Source: Octopus sinensis (Eukaryota). Taken from it: a stretch of 64,000 bases of DNA. A model generated the notes under the pieces. That model was not told the DNA's origin. It made no database searches and was given only the letters and a program-made list of their open reading frames with translations. The DNA lies in contig NC_042997.1 in assembly GCF_006345805.1 (NCBI RefSeq), positions 200,012,001 through 200,076,000 on the forward strand. Direction: 5' to 3'. A program made the translations under genes and the position numbers. Each line of letters opens with the position of its first letter. Position 1 is the first letter of the stretch. This document shows positions 1 to 12,300 of this stretch, in pieces.

Positions 1-283
1 AAACTGCTGGTACTGCATTTGACAATATTTTAACTCAGATTCCCAAGCAGTATCTTATTCTCCATGACTTTTCATTTGTATTATCTATATTGATTAGTTC
101 TCAATTTCATACTGACACCTAATGATTAAAATATTTAATGATTTCAAGTGATTACTTCTCCATTTCATGTTCACACTTCAATTATAAGATTATTTACTTA
201 GGAAGTATTTTCAATAATGAAAGTATTTACATCAAAAGCAGTTACATTCTCAATTGTCTTTCATGTCTTTCTATATTGAAGGT

Positions 284-470
284 TCATCATGATTATCTAA
301 CGTCCGTTTTCCATACTGATATGGGTTGGATGATTGGCAGGAGCTGGCAAGGCGAATGGCCACACCAGGTTCCAGAGTTTGTTTTGGCCTGGTTTCAATA
401 GTTTGATGCCCTTCCTAATGCCAACCACTTTACAGAGTGTAATGCATACTTTTTACATGGCACCTGACCA
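284..470 (-). mobile_element. RTE-type 3' tail / RTE-tailed short retroelement (family A), degenerate
   Basis: Reverse complement matches the window-wide tail ggttggcattaggaagggcatc...ccaacccat..gcatggaaa.cggacgtta..tgatgatg seen at 7680-8042, 20114-20368 and 63600-63955. Confidence 0.75.
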
Positions 471-576
471 GTACCATTTTCGACCTGTGTTAACAGTGCA
501 CAAATATTTCTGTACAAGTAGTACACATGCTAAACAATTTCAACATCGTATTATTATCTCTGCCTTAGCAAAGGCA

Positions 577-912
577 GAGGTATTGTTTTCAGTTGTGTTT
601 GTTTATTCTGCGGACAAAATATCTCCAAAACTGCTGGATGGATTTGGATGAAACTTTCAGTGATGTTTGACTCCATGGCTGGCATGAACTGATTAGATTT
701 TGGGATCCATCCAGTACCAGACAAGGATTCTGGATTATTTTTTCTGTTATTTTACTTAATTTTTGAGACCGATCGGGTTCATTTTTAGTATTCTCGTTTG
801 TGAGAGCAATCAAATTTATTTCAGATATTCTCATTTTAAAAATCATCTCTGGCGAATCGTTGAGAGGACGTTGATGTTGCTTTGGGAGAGGTTTGCACTC
901 TCTGAGTGCTCT
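577..912. mobile_element. Non-autonomous interspersed element, Helentron/HINE-like; inverted homologue of 18545-18882
   Basis: About 330 bp align by eye with the reverse complement of 18545-18882 (ggatttggatgaaa.tttca, gacaaggattctggattatttt, aatcgttgagaggacgttg). The class is inferred from the atccaaatcc..agcagtt..gag motif. Confidence 0.6.
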
Positions 913-1214
913 CGTTATGCACTGCATATGTATTACTGATTATTACAGTGAGTTAATGAAACTAACCCGTATAAATTCTTGTACCAGTGTGTTTACACAA
1001 ACAGCCATTTATATATACTGCCATGCTTTGTTACACAAAGAGATTAATACCATAAGAGAGAAGATGAATGAAATGTAGGAGAGTGATAGAGGGATGAGAG
1101 TATCAAAAGAGACAGAAGCATCAGATGTAGACTTGATAGAGACATTTTAACAAGAGACCCAAATGTTGATTATCTCCATGCCTTTAACACTAGCAGCTTA
1201 ATTGTTTCACCAAT

Positions 1215-1560
1215 GCTTTGGCTAAGTTTACTGCAGCATTGCATTTCACCAAATGCTCACATCGTCTCAGCATCCTTGAGATACATTTTCACCATTTCAT
1301 CCCATGTTTCCTTTGGTCTCCCTTGAACAGGTTTCATCCACTTTGCTCAGTTGTTATCCTTCATATACATTACATGCCTGTATCAGCCATAGTCTTTGCT
1401 TATCACACAACATCTAATAGAATACTCTTAATTCTGTTACTATGATTTCTGAATGCCTACTTCAAGTGATATTTAGACCACCTGAGGAACACAAGCAATT
1501 TACTTCTAGCGAGCTGTCAGAGCTTTGGAGAGAATATTCCATGCATAGTTTTAGTGCTTA
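1215..1560 (-). pseudogene. Decayed RTE LINE C-terminal fragment
   Basis: Minus frame reads VQGRPKETWDEMVKMYLKD, matching the RTE GRP.KTW.EVV..DL motif; many stops. Confidence 0.5.
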
Positions 1561-1879
1561 ATACTCTTGAGCATCTGCTACATACCTTAGCCAGCCAATG
1601 ATAAGGATAAAAGGAAAACAATACAAAAATTGTCTCTGGATGAGACGATACTAAGACAATTGGGTTAATGAGTGGTTTAAAATACATACTTAAGCAATAT
1701 ATCTATGTCTTTTGATTATAATGAATACTGGTCTTTGTGGGTTCAGATGTTACTGGGAAATAGACTTCACTGATGGAATTGAATATTTCAAAGTTTATAG
1801 AATATTTGGATTTCTGTTATATGCTCTCCTCTCTGACACACTCTTCTATTTCCATAAGAAGTATTCCACAAAGTAAACA

Positions 1880-2330
1880 AGGTTACACACTCAACACTTG
1901 CCAATATATTTTTTCTTGTTGGTTCTCATTTGTAGTAATGCCAACAGCTTCATTAAATTTAATATTACATCTGGCCAGATCATCATTAAACTTGTGAAAT
2001 AAATATCTTTTGCAAAACTTTTAAGACATGAACTTGATTTTTGTGATACAAAACAGTGGCCTGAGGAATATTTATTTCCTAAAACATGCCTAATCAATTT
2101 TTTTTCATGTAAAATACCATCAGCTAAGAAAATTTATGCTTTGTAATGAAGCAAGACTTATTTAACTTTCACAAATACTCTGCATTGTCTGCATATAAGA
2201 TTCTGCTCAACTGCAAAAAAATACTTCTTCCAGATACCTCATTCATTACAAAACATTCAAATTCCTGGAGTACATAAATGCAATCTTTTCTACAGATCTA
2301 CAAGTATTTTTTTCCATCATCAAACATCTG
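1880..2330 (-). pseudogene. Possible decayed hAT (Charlie/SPIN-like) transposase fragment
   Basis: Minus frame VLYHKNQVHVLKVLQKIF resembles LLYHTEVRWLSRGKVL.R.F; heavily interrupted. Confidence 0.25.
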
Positions 2331-2334
2331 TCTT

Positions 2335-2465
2335 CCATACTGGTTCAATGGTTTGACAAGACCTAACAAACTGGAGGACTGTGTTGAGATCTAATGTATG
2401 CTTTGACAGTTTTTACAGCTGAATACCCTTCCTAATAATGCCAACCACTTTACAGACTGTATTCC
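2335..2465 (-). mobile_element. Family A RTE tail, partial
   Basis: cagctgaatacccttcctaa..tgccaaccactttacagactgt is the reverse complement of the tail core. Confidence 0.6.
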
Positions 2466-4524
2466 AATTGTTGGATATGATTCCAGAGTTTGGCACAGTT
2501 GACAAAATTACAATATATTCTTCCTCATTCTTAGATCAATTATTAGGATGTTGAGTGTGACTATGTCTGACATACAAACATCTTTTCTGATGTGAAATGG
2601 ATTAGTCATGGCTTTCCTGATATGAGAAAATACGTGGTCCATCATTGGTATTTAAGCCATAACTTGATGTATAGCACAGGTTATTTCCTATATTTAGAAT
2701 ATATATAAATGGGTGCTCCCATATATGCTTATACATATCTATATACACATCTGTGCAAATGCACACACAAATATAAGCTGGCAAACAGGGTGATTTATTA
2801 GGTAACAAATAGGTTGTCTTTTAATATTTGTTCTGGTTGTCTGTACTCCGAGTTCAAATACTACCTGGTCCGATTTTGCCTTTCACCATTTTGGGGGTTG
2901 ATCAAGTACCAGCTATCTTGAATTTTCTCCTTTCTCTCTTCCCATTTTTCTGTCTGTCTCTTTTTCTGGAAGAAATTGGTTGTAATCAAACTTGGAGAGT
3001 GAAGGGCTCTGCCAGGTCCAAGAAAGCCCAAGATATGCGATATGCTGCAATAGCTCCCCTGTGACTTCAAGAATTGAGGCTCAAAGTAAGATATATGTTT
3101 CTGCATACACATACATGCCCAGTGCACACACACACACACAACAAATGCATACACACATACATGCATACATCAACATAGCAGCATGATGCTTAGATGTTCT
3201 GCAGATATACAGCTTGTACATGCATAGTGACATAAGTCACTATACATGTGACTGACAAGAATCATCATCATAATGAAAAACTTATGCATGACAATGTCTA
3301 TTGATTGTATTAATGGACATCTCAGTGAAGAATACTGAGATATGTAGGGGGATATCTGGGAATTATTAACAAAACTATGTTGAAAGTGACAGTTAAATGA
3401 CATTGTCTTTGATTCATTCAAACTAAAATATAGTGTAGATATCAAAGAACCTTAGATGAAAGAACTGAATAGGAGTTATGAAATTTTTTGGATTTTGGTT
3501 TATCATTTTATTTTTTTCTACATGAGAAATTTGAGTGCTCTAGAGAGGTTTAAAAAGTGGCAGCATTAACTGATACATCAAACAGATAGGAACTATATTG
3601 ATTTTTAAAAATACTGAAAGAAAATATCAAAGTTTGAACAAAATAAGGAAAGAAAGTTATATAACTAAATAAGGTAACAAAAAGAAAATTGAGATAGATA
3701 AAGATAATTAAGACGTTATGATAGCATACACAGGAAATAGAAATCTAAGCTGCTGATGATAATCTTTATTAAAAATTATTATCTAGGGATATATTTTTTA
3801 ATTTCCCATTTTTTAATTAATATTTCCTTTCTTCAAATTTTCATTGTAATTTCATTGTTTATTATTCCCTTTCTATTATTTCCCACATCACGACTGTCTG
3901 TTGAAGAATTTTTCATATTATTCTATTGTTGTCTCAGCAACAATAATACTTTTCCCAATGGAGTCTTATTTTCAAAGACATTTTTAGTAATTTTGTTTTC
4001 TTTTACTATATACAATGTATGCTATATTTACTATTTTATATCTTGTTTTTCCAGTCTTACTTGAGTTTCAAATTTTATTAAATCTTTATGGTATCTTGTA
4101 TAGTTAAGTATAGTTTTTTTAATATTCATATTGTTTTATCGTGTCTCAAGAATAAGCTTAGTAGAATTATTTCTTATATTAGAATTTTTATTTGTTTACT
4201 GGTTTTCTCACAGTACTTATTCCACGCTGATACTTATTTTATCGATCTATCGCATGGTTAAGTTACCTTTTGATAAAAAGGGAAGCAATTCAACTACAGT
4301 TCACACAAACACACACAAATAGTGAGAGACAGACATGGATAAACAGAAAGTGGCAGATAGACTGACTCAGAGAGACACATGTACAAAGATATGAGAAATA
4401 CAGATAGACAGACAGAGACAAAGAAGCACACAGAGGCAAACAGAGACCTATCCTTCAATAAAAGGCAAAGGTGTCCTTTGATAGAAGAATGCAATAGTGT
4501 TATTTTGAATGGTTAAAATTTTCC

Positions 4525-4613
4525 AAGTGCTTCATTTGGAGATTAGCACAGCTGTATCCAGGTTACTCAGAAAGATCTGGATACAGCTGCAGCAATTGAC
4601 AAATGAAACACTT
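4525..4613. repeat. Imperfect palindrome / hairpin (short MITE or structured RNA)
   Basis: cagctgtatccag (4549-4561) pairs perfectly with ctggatacagctg (4577-4589); the outer arms agtgcttcatttg and caaatgaaacact pair at 12 of 13 positions. Confidence 0.7.
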
Positions 4614-4869
4614 AGCGTTTATAAGTAATCATTGAAATAATTGTGTGCATATGTGTGTAAGAGACCAAAATACAAGAAGCCAACAGAATACATTTCAAAT
4701 TGTCTAAGTATAACTCACTGAAAGTGCTCAATAAACACTTGATAAGAGCTATAACCTAAGTCTAACATGAAAAAATAGAGTGGAAAGAACAATAGTAGTG
4801 GCACAATCTCTTCTGTGATATACATTTGTTTCTGTTACTATTCACTAAGGTTGTACTGAAGAGGAAATA

Positions 4870-5765
4870 CTCTGAGTGACCAATGTACATATAGCAGTCA
4901 GTCACGTGGATTTGGCCTGCCTTGCTTTCATTTGCCTCCCATTGTACCTGGCAGGATTGTTTTTGCTAAGCTGGAGCTTCTTGCAACATGGCCATAATAT
5001 TAGTTCCCTTGTCTTTACAATTGTTATCGGATCCTTGTGTTATTCTCATCCTTCGTTATTCATCATATTTTCTTTGTACAAGATACCTAGGAGCCATCTA
5101 TAGCATTGTGCTTACATTTTTGCCAGTTCTGCTGTTAATGTCCAACCCTTGTAGGCATACAGAAAGACAGAAATCTCAAGTCTGACTTTTGTGCAGAGTC
5201 CTAATGTGTCTATCTTTCCAGATTGGCCTGAGTTTTGTGACCACTGTGTATTTCATGAGAAGATCACTGGTTTTTCGTCAGTGACGACTGCTCCGAGGTA
5301 TTTGATTATTTTCACAGTTTCTAGTGTTAGTGTTTATCCATTCATTGTGATATGATTTGTGGTGTATTCTATCATTGTTGACCATGATTTTGGTTTTCTC
5401 TGCCTTAATGCTATGCCATATGCCTTTCAGGTACTGTCAAGCTTTTCCCCCAAGTTTTCCAGCTCTGTTTTTGTTCCTGCCAGGCCAAATTGGAGGTTGG
5501 TGATAGTTCTTCTTCCAATACTGATCATGTCTTCATGGTCTTTGAGTACATCTGACATGGTGCTTTCCAGAAAGATGTTAAGGAGAGTAGATGAGAGCAG
5601 ACATCCTTTATGTACACCTACTGTTGTTTGAAAGTAGTTGCCAATCATTTTATTACAGTAGGCAGTACTAATTGCTTTCCCATTTAGTTGCCTGGTGGCT
5701 TCAATCACATTTGGTCAGATGTTGTACAACAGTGACAAGGTTATTGGAAACCTGCAACTGATAAC
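4870..5765 (-). pseudogene. RTE-clade LINE reverse transcriptase fragment
   Basis: ORF 5427-5708: FQTTVGVHKGCLLSSTLLNIFLE...ISIGRRTITNLQF..GLAG, typical of RTE RT (GVRQGCLLSP.LFNIFLE...TITNLRFADD); the downstream region is decayed. Confidence 0.85.
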
Positions 5766-5857
5766 ACGATAGTTACAAAATACAAAATGAAATATATAAA
5801 CACTTTCATTTTATATTGCATAAGACTCATGCCTACCATCTAATGTAGCTATACAGT

Positions 5858-6165
5858 GGTGAAGGAACATGGCCTAGCAGTTAGTATTGCACTAAATCCA
5901 CTATATCATGGGTTTAATTTCTAGACCTGGTGGGATGTTGTGTTCTTGAGCAAGACACTTCATTTCATGTTGCTCTACAATTATTTCAACATTCGACACG
6001 CAGCACACTTCTTCACCTGCACAGGTAATGTCAATTTGATGGAAAGAGTGAGCTCATGTACAGTACCTACATTTCATTATTATAAGCAAATTATTTGTGC
6101 AGGTAATTCTGCAGGGGCTAAACATTCATACATCATCTTCTGCAAAAGATTCCATCATACAGTAA
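5858..6165 (+). mobile_element. tRNA-derived SINE family C, degenerate
   Basis: catggcctagcagttag head and tgtgttcttgagcaagacact box, shared with 57640-57960. Confidence 0.55.
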
Positions 6166-6169
6166 TCAC

Positions 6170-6325
6170 ATGCACAGATGTGTGGTTAAAGAGCTCAATT
6201 TACAACTGCTTAGATCCAAGTTCAATCTTTGTGGTATGTTAGACAAGTCTTCTAATGTAGCCCATGGTTGACCAATGTTTTGCAAGTAGAATTTGGTAGA
6301 TGGAAACTGCAAATATCTGTAGAAT
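6170..6325 (+). mobile_element. SINE family B head, degenerate
   Basis: tgtgtggttaaagagc...gacaagtcttcta.tgtagc...gaatttggtagatggaaactg. Confidence 0.55.
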
Positions 6326-7679
6326 ATTTGCTATGCGGAAAAAAGTTTCAAAATAATTAAATGAAAAATCTTTAAATGATTCATCAATGAATGCTTTAAG
6401 AGTGTGTTTGTTTAAAAGGGTTTAATTCAAATACCATGATTTTCACTGTCATATGATATGATTTCATATCATAGTAGTTGTAATAAAAATGTTTTAAAGT
6501 TTTTCTGTAAAACTGTATTTGAGCTTTATCAAATCTAACCTTTATACTCTTTCAGGCCTAAAACATAGCAGTTTAAAAGATATTTAGGAATAAAACTGCC
6601 TCTATCACACTCACAGCTATGATGTCAGGATCAATTTTCCAATAGTAATTTACAAACCTCACAAATTTAGTGGTGCAATTCTAAAGATCACATCAAATTA
6701 CATGTATTTATTTTATCACCACAAGTGAAAATAAATCCCAGTAGGATTTGAAATTAGGACATTGAGGGGCAAAATTAAATGCCAAAACTTTTGGAGCAGC
6801 CATAGCAGCATCACGTATTTGATGCTGACTTATTTGAAGTCAGATATTCTAATGCTTTTTTGTTTTGTCTATTTCCTGTCTGTTTATATGTGCAAGCATC
6901 TAGTTATATTTGTATATATGTGTAGTATTTCTTATTATCAGTGTGTATGTGGCTTGTGTCCAGTGCCAAAATGTACTCTCACCAACATAGGTTAAATATC
7001 CAGTCGCACCAAACAGCTGCATCCAATCACCTCATTCCATTTCTACCAATCTCATTGGATTTGTGTAACTAACATTACAAATAAAGTACGAAAAAAAATT
7101 TCATGAGTCGAGTAAGATTAAATCAAATTTATGTTAAACAAGCAAAAATGTAAAACAATACAATTTGCAGAATAACAGAAAGGCAGGAATATTCCAGGCA
7201 TGTTTGTAGTTCTTTCTGCAGCACACATAGTTCAAACCAAATTCATTTATGTTATTCAGTAATTGCAATAACTAACTTCTTAGCATTCAGATTACTCTGT
7301 CAACGTAATGCTTATTTATTTACATTGTTTTGAATTCATTGTGTGTAATCTCATAGCATCAAGATTTCAATGATGTGATTATTTTTAGAATGACATTGTA
7401 GAATAGGAGTGAGAGGCTGGATCTGGCTGGCTTGAATGGGAAAGAAAAGAAAACGAAAATATATTTAATTCAAATAATAATAAAAGTACATAGCAACAGT
7501 ACAGTGTTGTTGTCATGAACACTGAATAAGTAACTTACAAAGAGAAATATCCAAGTATGTGACAGTTATACATCCTTAAACAAGAGAGCCAAAAAATTAT
7601 ATATGTTTAGCCATCAAATGGATTAACATTTTTATATGTTTGTAATACATTTTCAGAAATCATTCACTCAAAATTGCAT

Positions 7680-8042
7680 AGCCCATTCAAAAGTACCTTG
7701 GATCATAGGGCGACCTGCTGTGCTTGAGGAGACCTATTGAATCAAGTACATCAACATCAAAATGAAAATCAAATGAAAATTGTAGTTGTGATACCCGTGC
7801 TGGTGGCATGTAAAAAGCACCTACCGATCATAGCTGTTGCCAACCTCCTCTGGCCCATGCTGGTGGCATATAAAAAGCACCCACTATACCCATGGAGTGG
7901 TTGGAGTTAGGAAGGGCATCCAGCTGTAGAAACACTGCCAGATCAGACTGGAGCCTGGTGCAGCCTCCTGGCTTCCCAGACACTGGTTAAACTGTCCAAC
8001 CCATGCCACCATGGAAAACGGATGTTAAACAATGATGATGAA
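7680..8042 (+). mobile_element. RTE 3' end / family A tail
   Basis: ctgtgcttgaggagacc (RTE ORF end), repeated gtgc.ggtggca.taaaaagcacc modules, conserved tail, ends in (gat)n. Confidence 0.85.
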
Positions 8043-8334
8043 GTACATTTTTTTAAAAACTAAATATTGAAGAGTAAAATGGAGGCAAATCACACAAAGA
8101 GCCAGTACAAGAACATATATCTGGTCACTTGTAGTAATAACTAAATTCTATAAAAGCAACCAAACCCCACTTAAATTGCACCTACCATATAAAAAAGAAA
8201 AAAAGACACACTGGATATCAAAAAAAGCAGAATGGTCACATCTGGAACTTCTTTGATCAGAGGCTGGTCGGGGCTAAACAAAAGGAACATGCACCTTAGA
8301 GAATTTGTACCCTTTTCACGTTATGAGTTTTATA

Positions 8335-8563
8335 GAGCTGGCAGTAACGTTAGCACGTCGGGCGAAATGCTTAGCGGTATTTCGTCTGCCTTACGTTGTG
8401 AGTTCAAATTCCGCCGAGGTCGACTTTGCCTTTCATTCTTTCGGAGTCGATAAATTAAGTACCAGTTACGCACTGGGGTCGTTGTAATCGACTTAATACC
8501 TATGTCTGTCCTTGTTTGTACCCCCTCTGTGTTTAGCCCCTTGTGGGTAATAAAGAAATAGGT
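8335..8563 (+). mobile_element. tRNA-derived SINE family D, well conserved
   Basis: gagctggcag.aacgttagcacg..gggcgaaatgcttagcgg...gagttcaaattcc (B box)...gataaattaagtaccagttacgcactggggtcg; further copies at 36.6, 45.7, 47.2 and 56.1 kb. Confidence 0.9.
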
Positions 8564-8564
8564 A

Positions 8565-8872
8565 ACTGATCATTGCGTGTTTCTGTTAAAAGATAGATAA
8601 CACTTTCTTTTATCCGGTGTACATACTTTTGATCAGGTGTTAGAAGACATGACACAAACTGAGCAGAAACCTCAATCATGCCAAATTCATTATGCAGAAT
8701 CTTCTCAACTCTCTTATGGGATGTGCTAATAGCATTTGCTATTTGATTTATAGTCAATCGCCTGTCAGCTATCACCATGTGGTGAACACGATCAATGTTT
8801 TCCTCAGTGGTGGCAGTTGCAGGACATCCAGAGCTTGGATCATTTTCAAGATGCTCCCTTCCGCTCATAATC
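8565..8872 (-). pseudogene. Mariner transposase N-terminal (HTH) fragment
   Basis: ORF 8533-8880: DPSSGCPATATTEENIDRVHHMVIADRRLTINQIANAISTSHKRVEKILHNEFGMIEVSAQFVSCLLTPDQK. Confidence 0.85.
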
Positions 8873-10925
8873 ATCATCATTTAACGTTCGCTTTCCATGC
8901 TAGCATTGGTTGGACGATTTTGACTGAGGGCTGGTGAACCAGATTGCTGCACCAGGCTCCAATCTTGATCTGGCAGAGTTTCTACAGCTGGATGCCCTTC
9001 CTAATGCCAACCACTCTGAGAGTGTAGTGGGTGCTTTTTACGTGCCACCGGCACAGAGGCCAGTCAGGCGGTACTGGCAATGACCTTGCTCGAATCTTTT
9101 TACACATGCCTTCGGCACAGGTGCCAGTGAAGAGACGTTGGTAATGATCACGCTCGAATCGTGCCCTTTTACGTGCCACAGGTATGGAAGCCAGTTGACT
9201 GCTCTGGCAACGATCACACTTGGATGCTGCTCTTGGCACCCTACTAGCAAAGACACAAGTGCCAGTAAGGCGACATTGGTAACGATCATACTCGAATGGT
9301 GCCCTTTTATGTGCCACTGGCACGGAAGCTGGTTAACTGCTCTATCAACGATCACACTCGTACGGTACTCTTTGCACTCCGCTAGCACGGATGCCAGTCA
9401 TCGAATTGATTTTAATTTCACTTGCTTGAACAGGTCTTCGCAAGCAGAGTTTAGTGTCCAAAGACGGAAAAGGTATGCATAAGTGGGCTGATTACGCTCC
9501 TGGTATAGGCCACAGGTTATGGTCTCATTTGGCTTGCTGGGTCTTCTCAAGCACAGCATATTTCCAAAAGTCTCGGTCTATAGTCATTTCCTTGGTGAGG
9601 CCTAATGTTCAAAAGTCGTGCTTCACCACTTCGTCCCAGGTCTTCCTGGGTCTACCTCTTTCACAGGTTCCCACAACTGCTAGGGTGTGGCACTTTTTCA
9701 CACAGTTATCATCGTCCATTCTCGCTACATGACCATATCAGCACAGTCGTCTCTCTTGCACACCACATCTAATGCTTCTTAGGTCCAACTTTTCTCTCAA
9801 GGTACTTACACTCAGTCGAGTATGAACACTGACATTACACATCCATCGGATCATGCTGGCTTCATTCCTTGCAAGCTTACGCATGTTCTCAGCAGTCATA
9901 GCCCATGTTTCACTGCCGTGTAGCATGGCTGTTCGTACAAATACAGTCTACCTTTTACTCTGAGCGAGAGGCCGTTTGTCACCAGTAGAGGTAAGAGCTC
10001 TCTGAACTTTGCCCATCCATTGTTATTCTAGCAGTTACACTTTCAGCGCACGCTCCCCCGCAACTGACTTGGTCACCTAGGTAACGGAAGCTATCAACTA
10101 CTTCTAGTTTTTCTCCCTGGAATGTGGTGGAAGTTGGTCTCTGCGCATTTTCCGTGTTTATCGCTCCCGAGCATCTGCCACATACAAAAACTATCTTCCC
10201 AGTTAGCCTTCCTTTGATATTACTGCACCTCCTATGTGTCCATAGGTTACGCTGGGTACATCTTATAGATTTTCTGCCTATGCCTCTACTACAGATTCAG
10301 TAGGGCCATCTACCTGAAGGGATTTGAGGTTTGCCTGCCTTCCTACTTATTAGGACTTTGGTTTTAACTATGTTGATTCTAAGGCCCTTCAATTCTAATC
10401 CTTGTTTCCACACCTGAAACTTCTCCTCCAGTTCTGATAGTGACTCAGCAATTAGAGCATAGAGGAACTCCCAGGGGCATCCTGTCTTGAATTCCTCCGT
10501 TATTGCCTGGAGGACTATGATAAACAGGAGAAGGCTGAGAACTGAACCCTGGTGGACCCCAACCTCTACCTTGAATTCTTCAGTGTACTCATTGCCAACC
10601 CTTACCTTACTTACAGCATCCCTGTACATGGCTTGCACAGCTCTCACTAACCATTCATCTATCCCTAGTTTCCTCATTGACCACCAGATAAGGGATCAGG
10701 GGACCCTGTCAAAGGCTTTCTCCATGTTAACGAAAGCAAGGTATACCTATCTTTGGCTAGGTATTTCTCCTGCAGCTGTCTTACCAGAAATACGGCATCA
10801 GTGGTGCTTTTCCCTGGCACGAAACCAAACTGCATCTCATCCAAGCTGACTCTCTCCTTAATCAGTTAAGCTATGACCCTCTCCATAACCTTCATTACCT
10901 GATCCAACAGCTTGATACCTCTGTG
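8872..10925 (-). mobile_element. RTE LINE 3' portion: RT, C-terminus, long repetitive 3' UTR and (gat)n tail
   Basis: RGIKLLDQVMKV at about 10920; ORF 10297-10677 VGVHQGSVLSLLLFIIVLQAITEEFKTGCPWEFLYA; MLHGSETW..RNEASMIRWMC; tail catcatcat at 8872. Confidence 0.92.
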
Positions 10926-11762
10926 TCTCCAGTGTGAGCAGTGGCATGCCTCAAGGTTCAGTGCTTGGGCCGTTATTGTTTTTAGTCTTCATCAATGACT
11001 TGTCCAACGACCTCACGCAACACACCCTTCTATTTGCCGACAATGTCAAACTGGTCACTCCTCGCAGTGATATAGATGATCTTCGTCGATGCCTCCACCA
11101 AGTTTACAGATGGTCAAACGAATGGGACCCCTGTCTGAATGTGTCAAAGTGCTGTCATCTGCCTGTTGGCTCCTCTCCTGCAACTCAACTTGATTTCGAG
11201 CCGGGTCGTCTGCTGCTGGAGAAGACCGACCAAGTAAAGGACCTGGGTATCTTGGTGGATTCTTCCTTTTCGCCTTCGGCCCAATGCGTCCATGCTGCCA
11301 ACAAAGCACGTGGAGTTCTGTTTTTCATTCGACGGTCATTCGGAATGCTCACAGCAGCCATATTCCTACCGCTCTATGTCATGCCGGTGAGACCCATATT
11401 GGAGTACAGGATTCAAGCCTCTTCTTATCATCTGGAAAGAGTTCAGAAGCTGGTTACCTGCATGGTCCTTGGTCTCAAGCATTTGTCTTATGAAGGCTGA
11501 AAACGCTCAACCTTTATTCTCTCAAAAAACGATGACACCGTGGTGATCTCATTCTCGTTCACATCATAAACGGAAAGTGTAATCTCTCGAAAGAGCTGTT
11601 CTTCACTCCTGCTGTAGAGTGTGGGCTGCAGGGTCATTCCGAAAAGCTCTATCTATGATGATTTCATCTCAATCGAAGGAGAGGGGCTTTCTCTGTCTGG
11701 GTTGCAGATCCGTGGAATAAGCTGCCAGACGAGATAGTGAAGATGCCGATGACCGCTCGGTT
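10926..11762 (+). pseudogene. CR1-clade LINE RT fragment embedded in the RTE element in opposite orientation
   Basis: ORF 10934-11500: SGMPQGSVLGPLLFLVFINDL..LLFADNVKL..QVKDLGILVD..AANKARG; later RRRGAFSVWVADPWNKLP. Confidence 0.9.
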
Positions 11763-12300
11763 CAGTCTCTCTCGACCATGTCCATTGAACTTGCCAGCCA
11801 AGAACAGAAGGTCCCTGTCATTCGTCAACAAGGTAGTCTGCAAGAGGGTGTCATAGAATCGGTCTTTCTGTCCATCGGGTAGCCCTGGCTGAGGGGCATA
11901 GGCCAAGATAATGTTTGCTAACCCATGATGGAGCACTAATCTAATCTTAAGTATTCTGTCGCATACTCTGACTACATCAATTACCTTATCTATCCATTTC
12001 TCCGCAAGAAGTATACCCACACCCCCAAACCCCGTCAGTGTTCCCTACCCAGAAAATCTTATACCTGTGTTCTTTGCCTGTGAGGAACCTAGCGGAACAC
12101 TTACTTCTTGGATGCAGCACATATCGACATCTCCATTCAAGCATTTCAACAATCTCACCAGACCTACCTTTCAGTGTGCCGACGTTGAGAGTGCCAACCC
12201 TGAGGGTGTGGGAGGTATGGGCCCTAAAGACCCTAGGATGGCGGACAGCGGAGTCATATACCTGAAAAGAGAGCTCGCGTTTGGCAGAATTCATAGCAAC
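11763..12300 (-). pseudogene. RTE LINE AP-endonuclease N-terminal part
   Basis: LRVGTLNVGTLKGRSGEIVEML; GILLAEKWIDKVIDVVRVCDRILKIRL..AYAPQPGLPDGQKDRFYD..AGKFNGH (GDFNGH motif). Confidence 0.9.

Noticed and set aside
10487-10849. 120-aa plus-strand ORF
   Set aside because: Antisense shadow of the RTE RT
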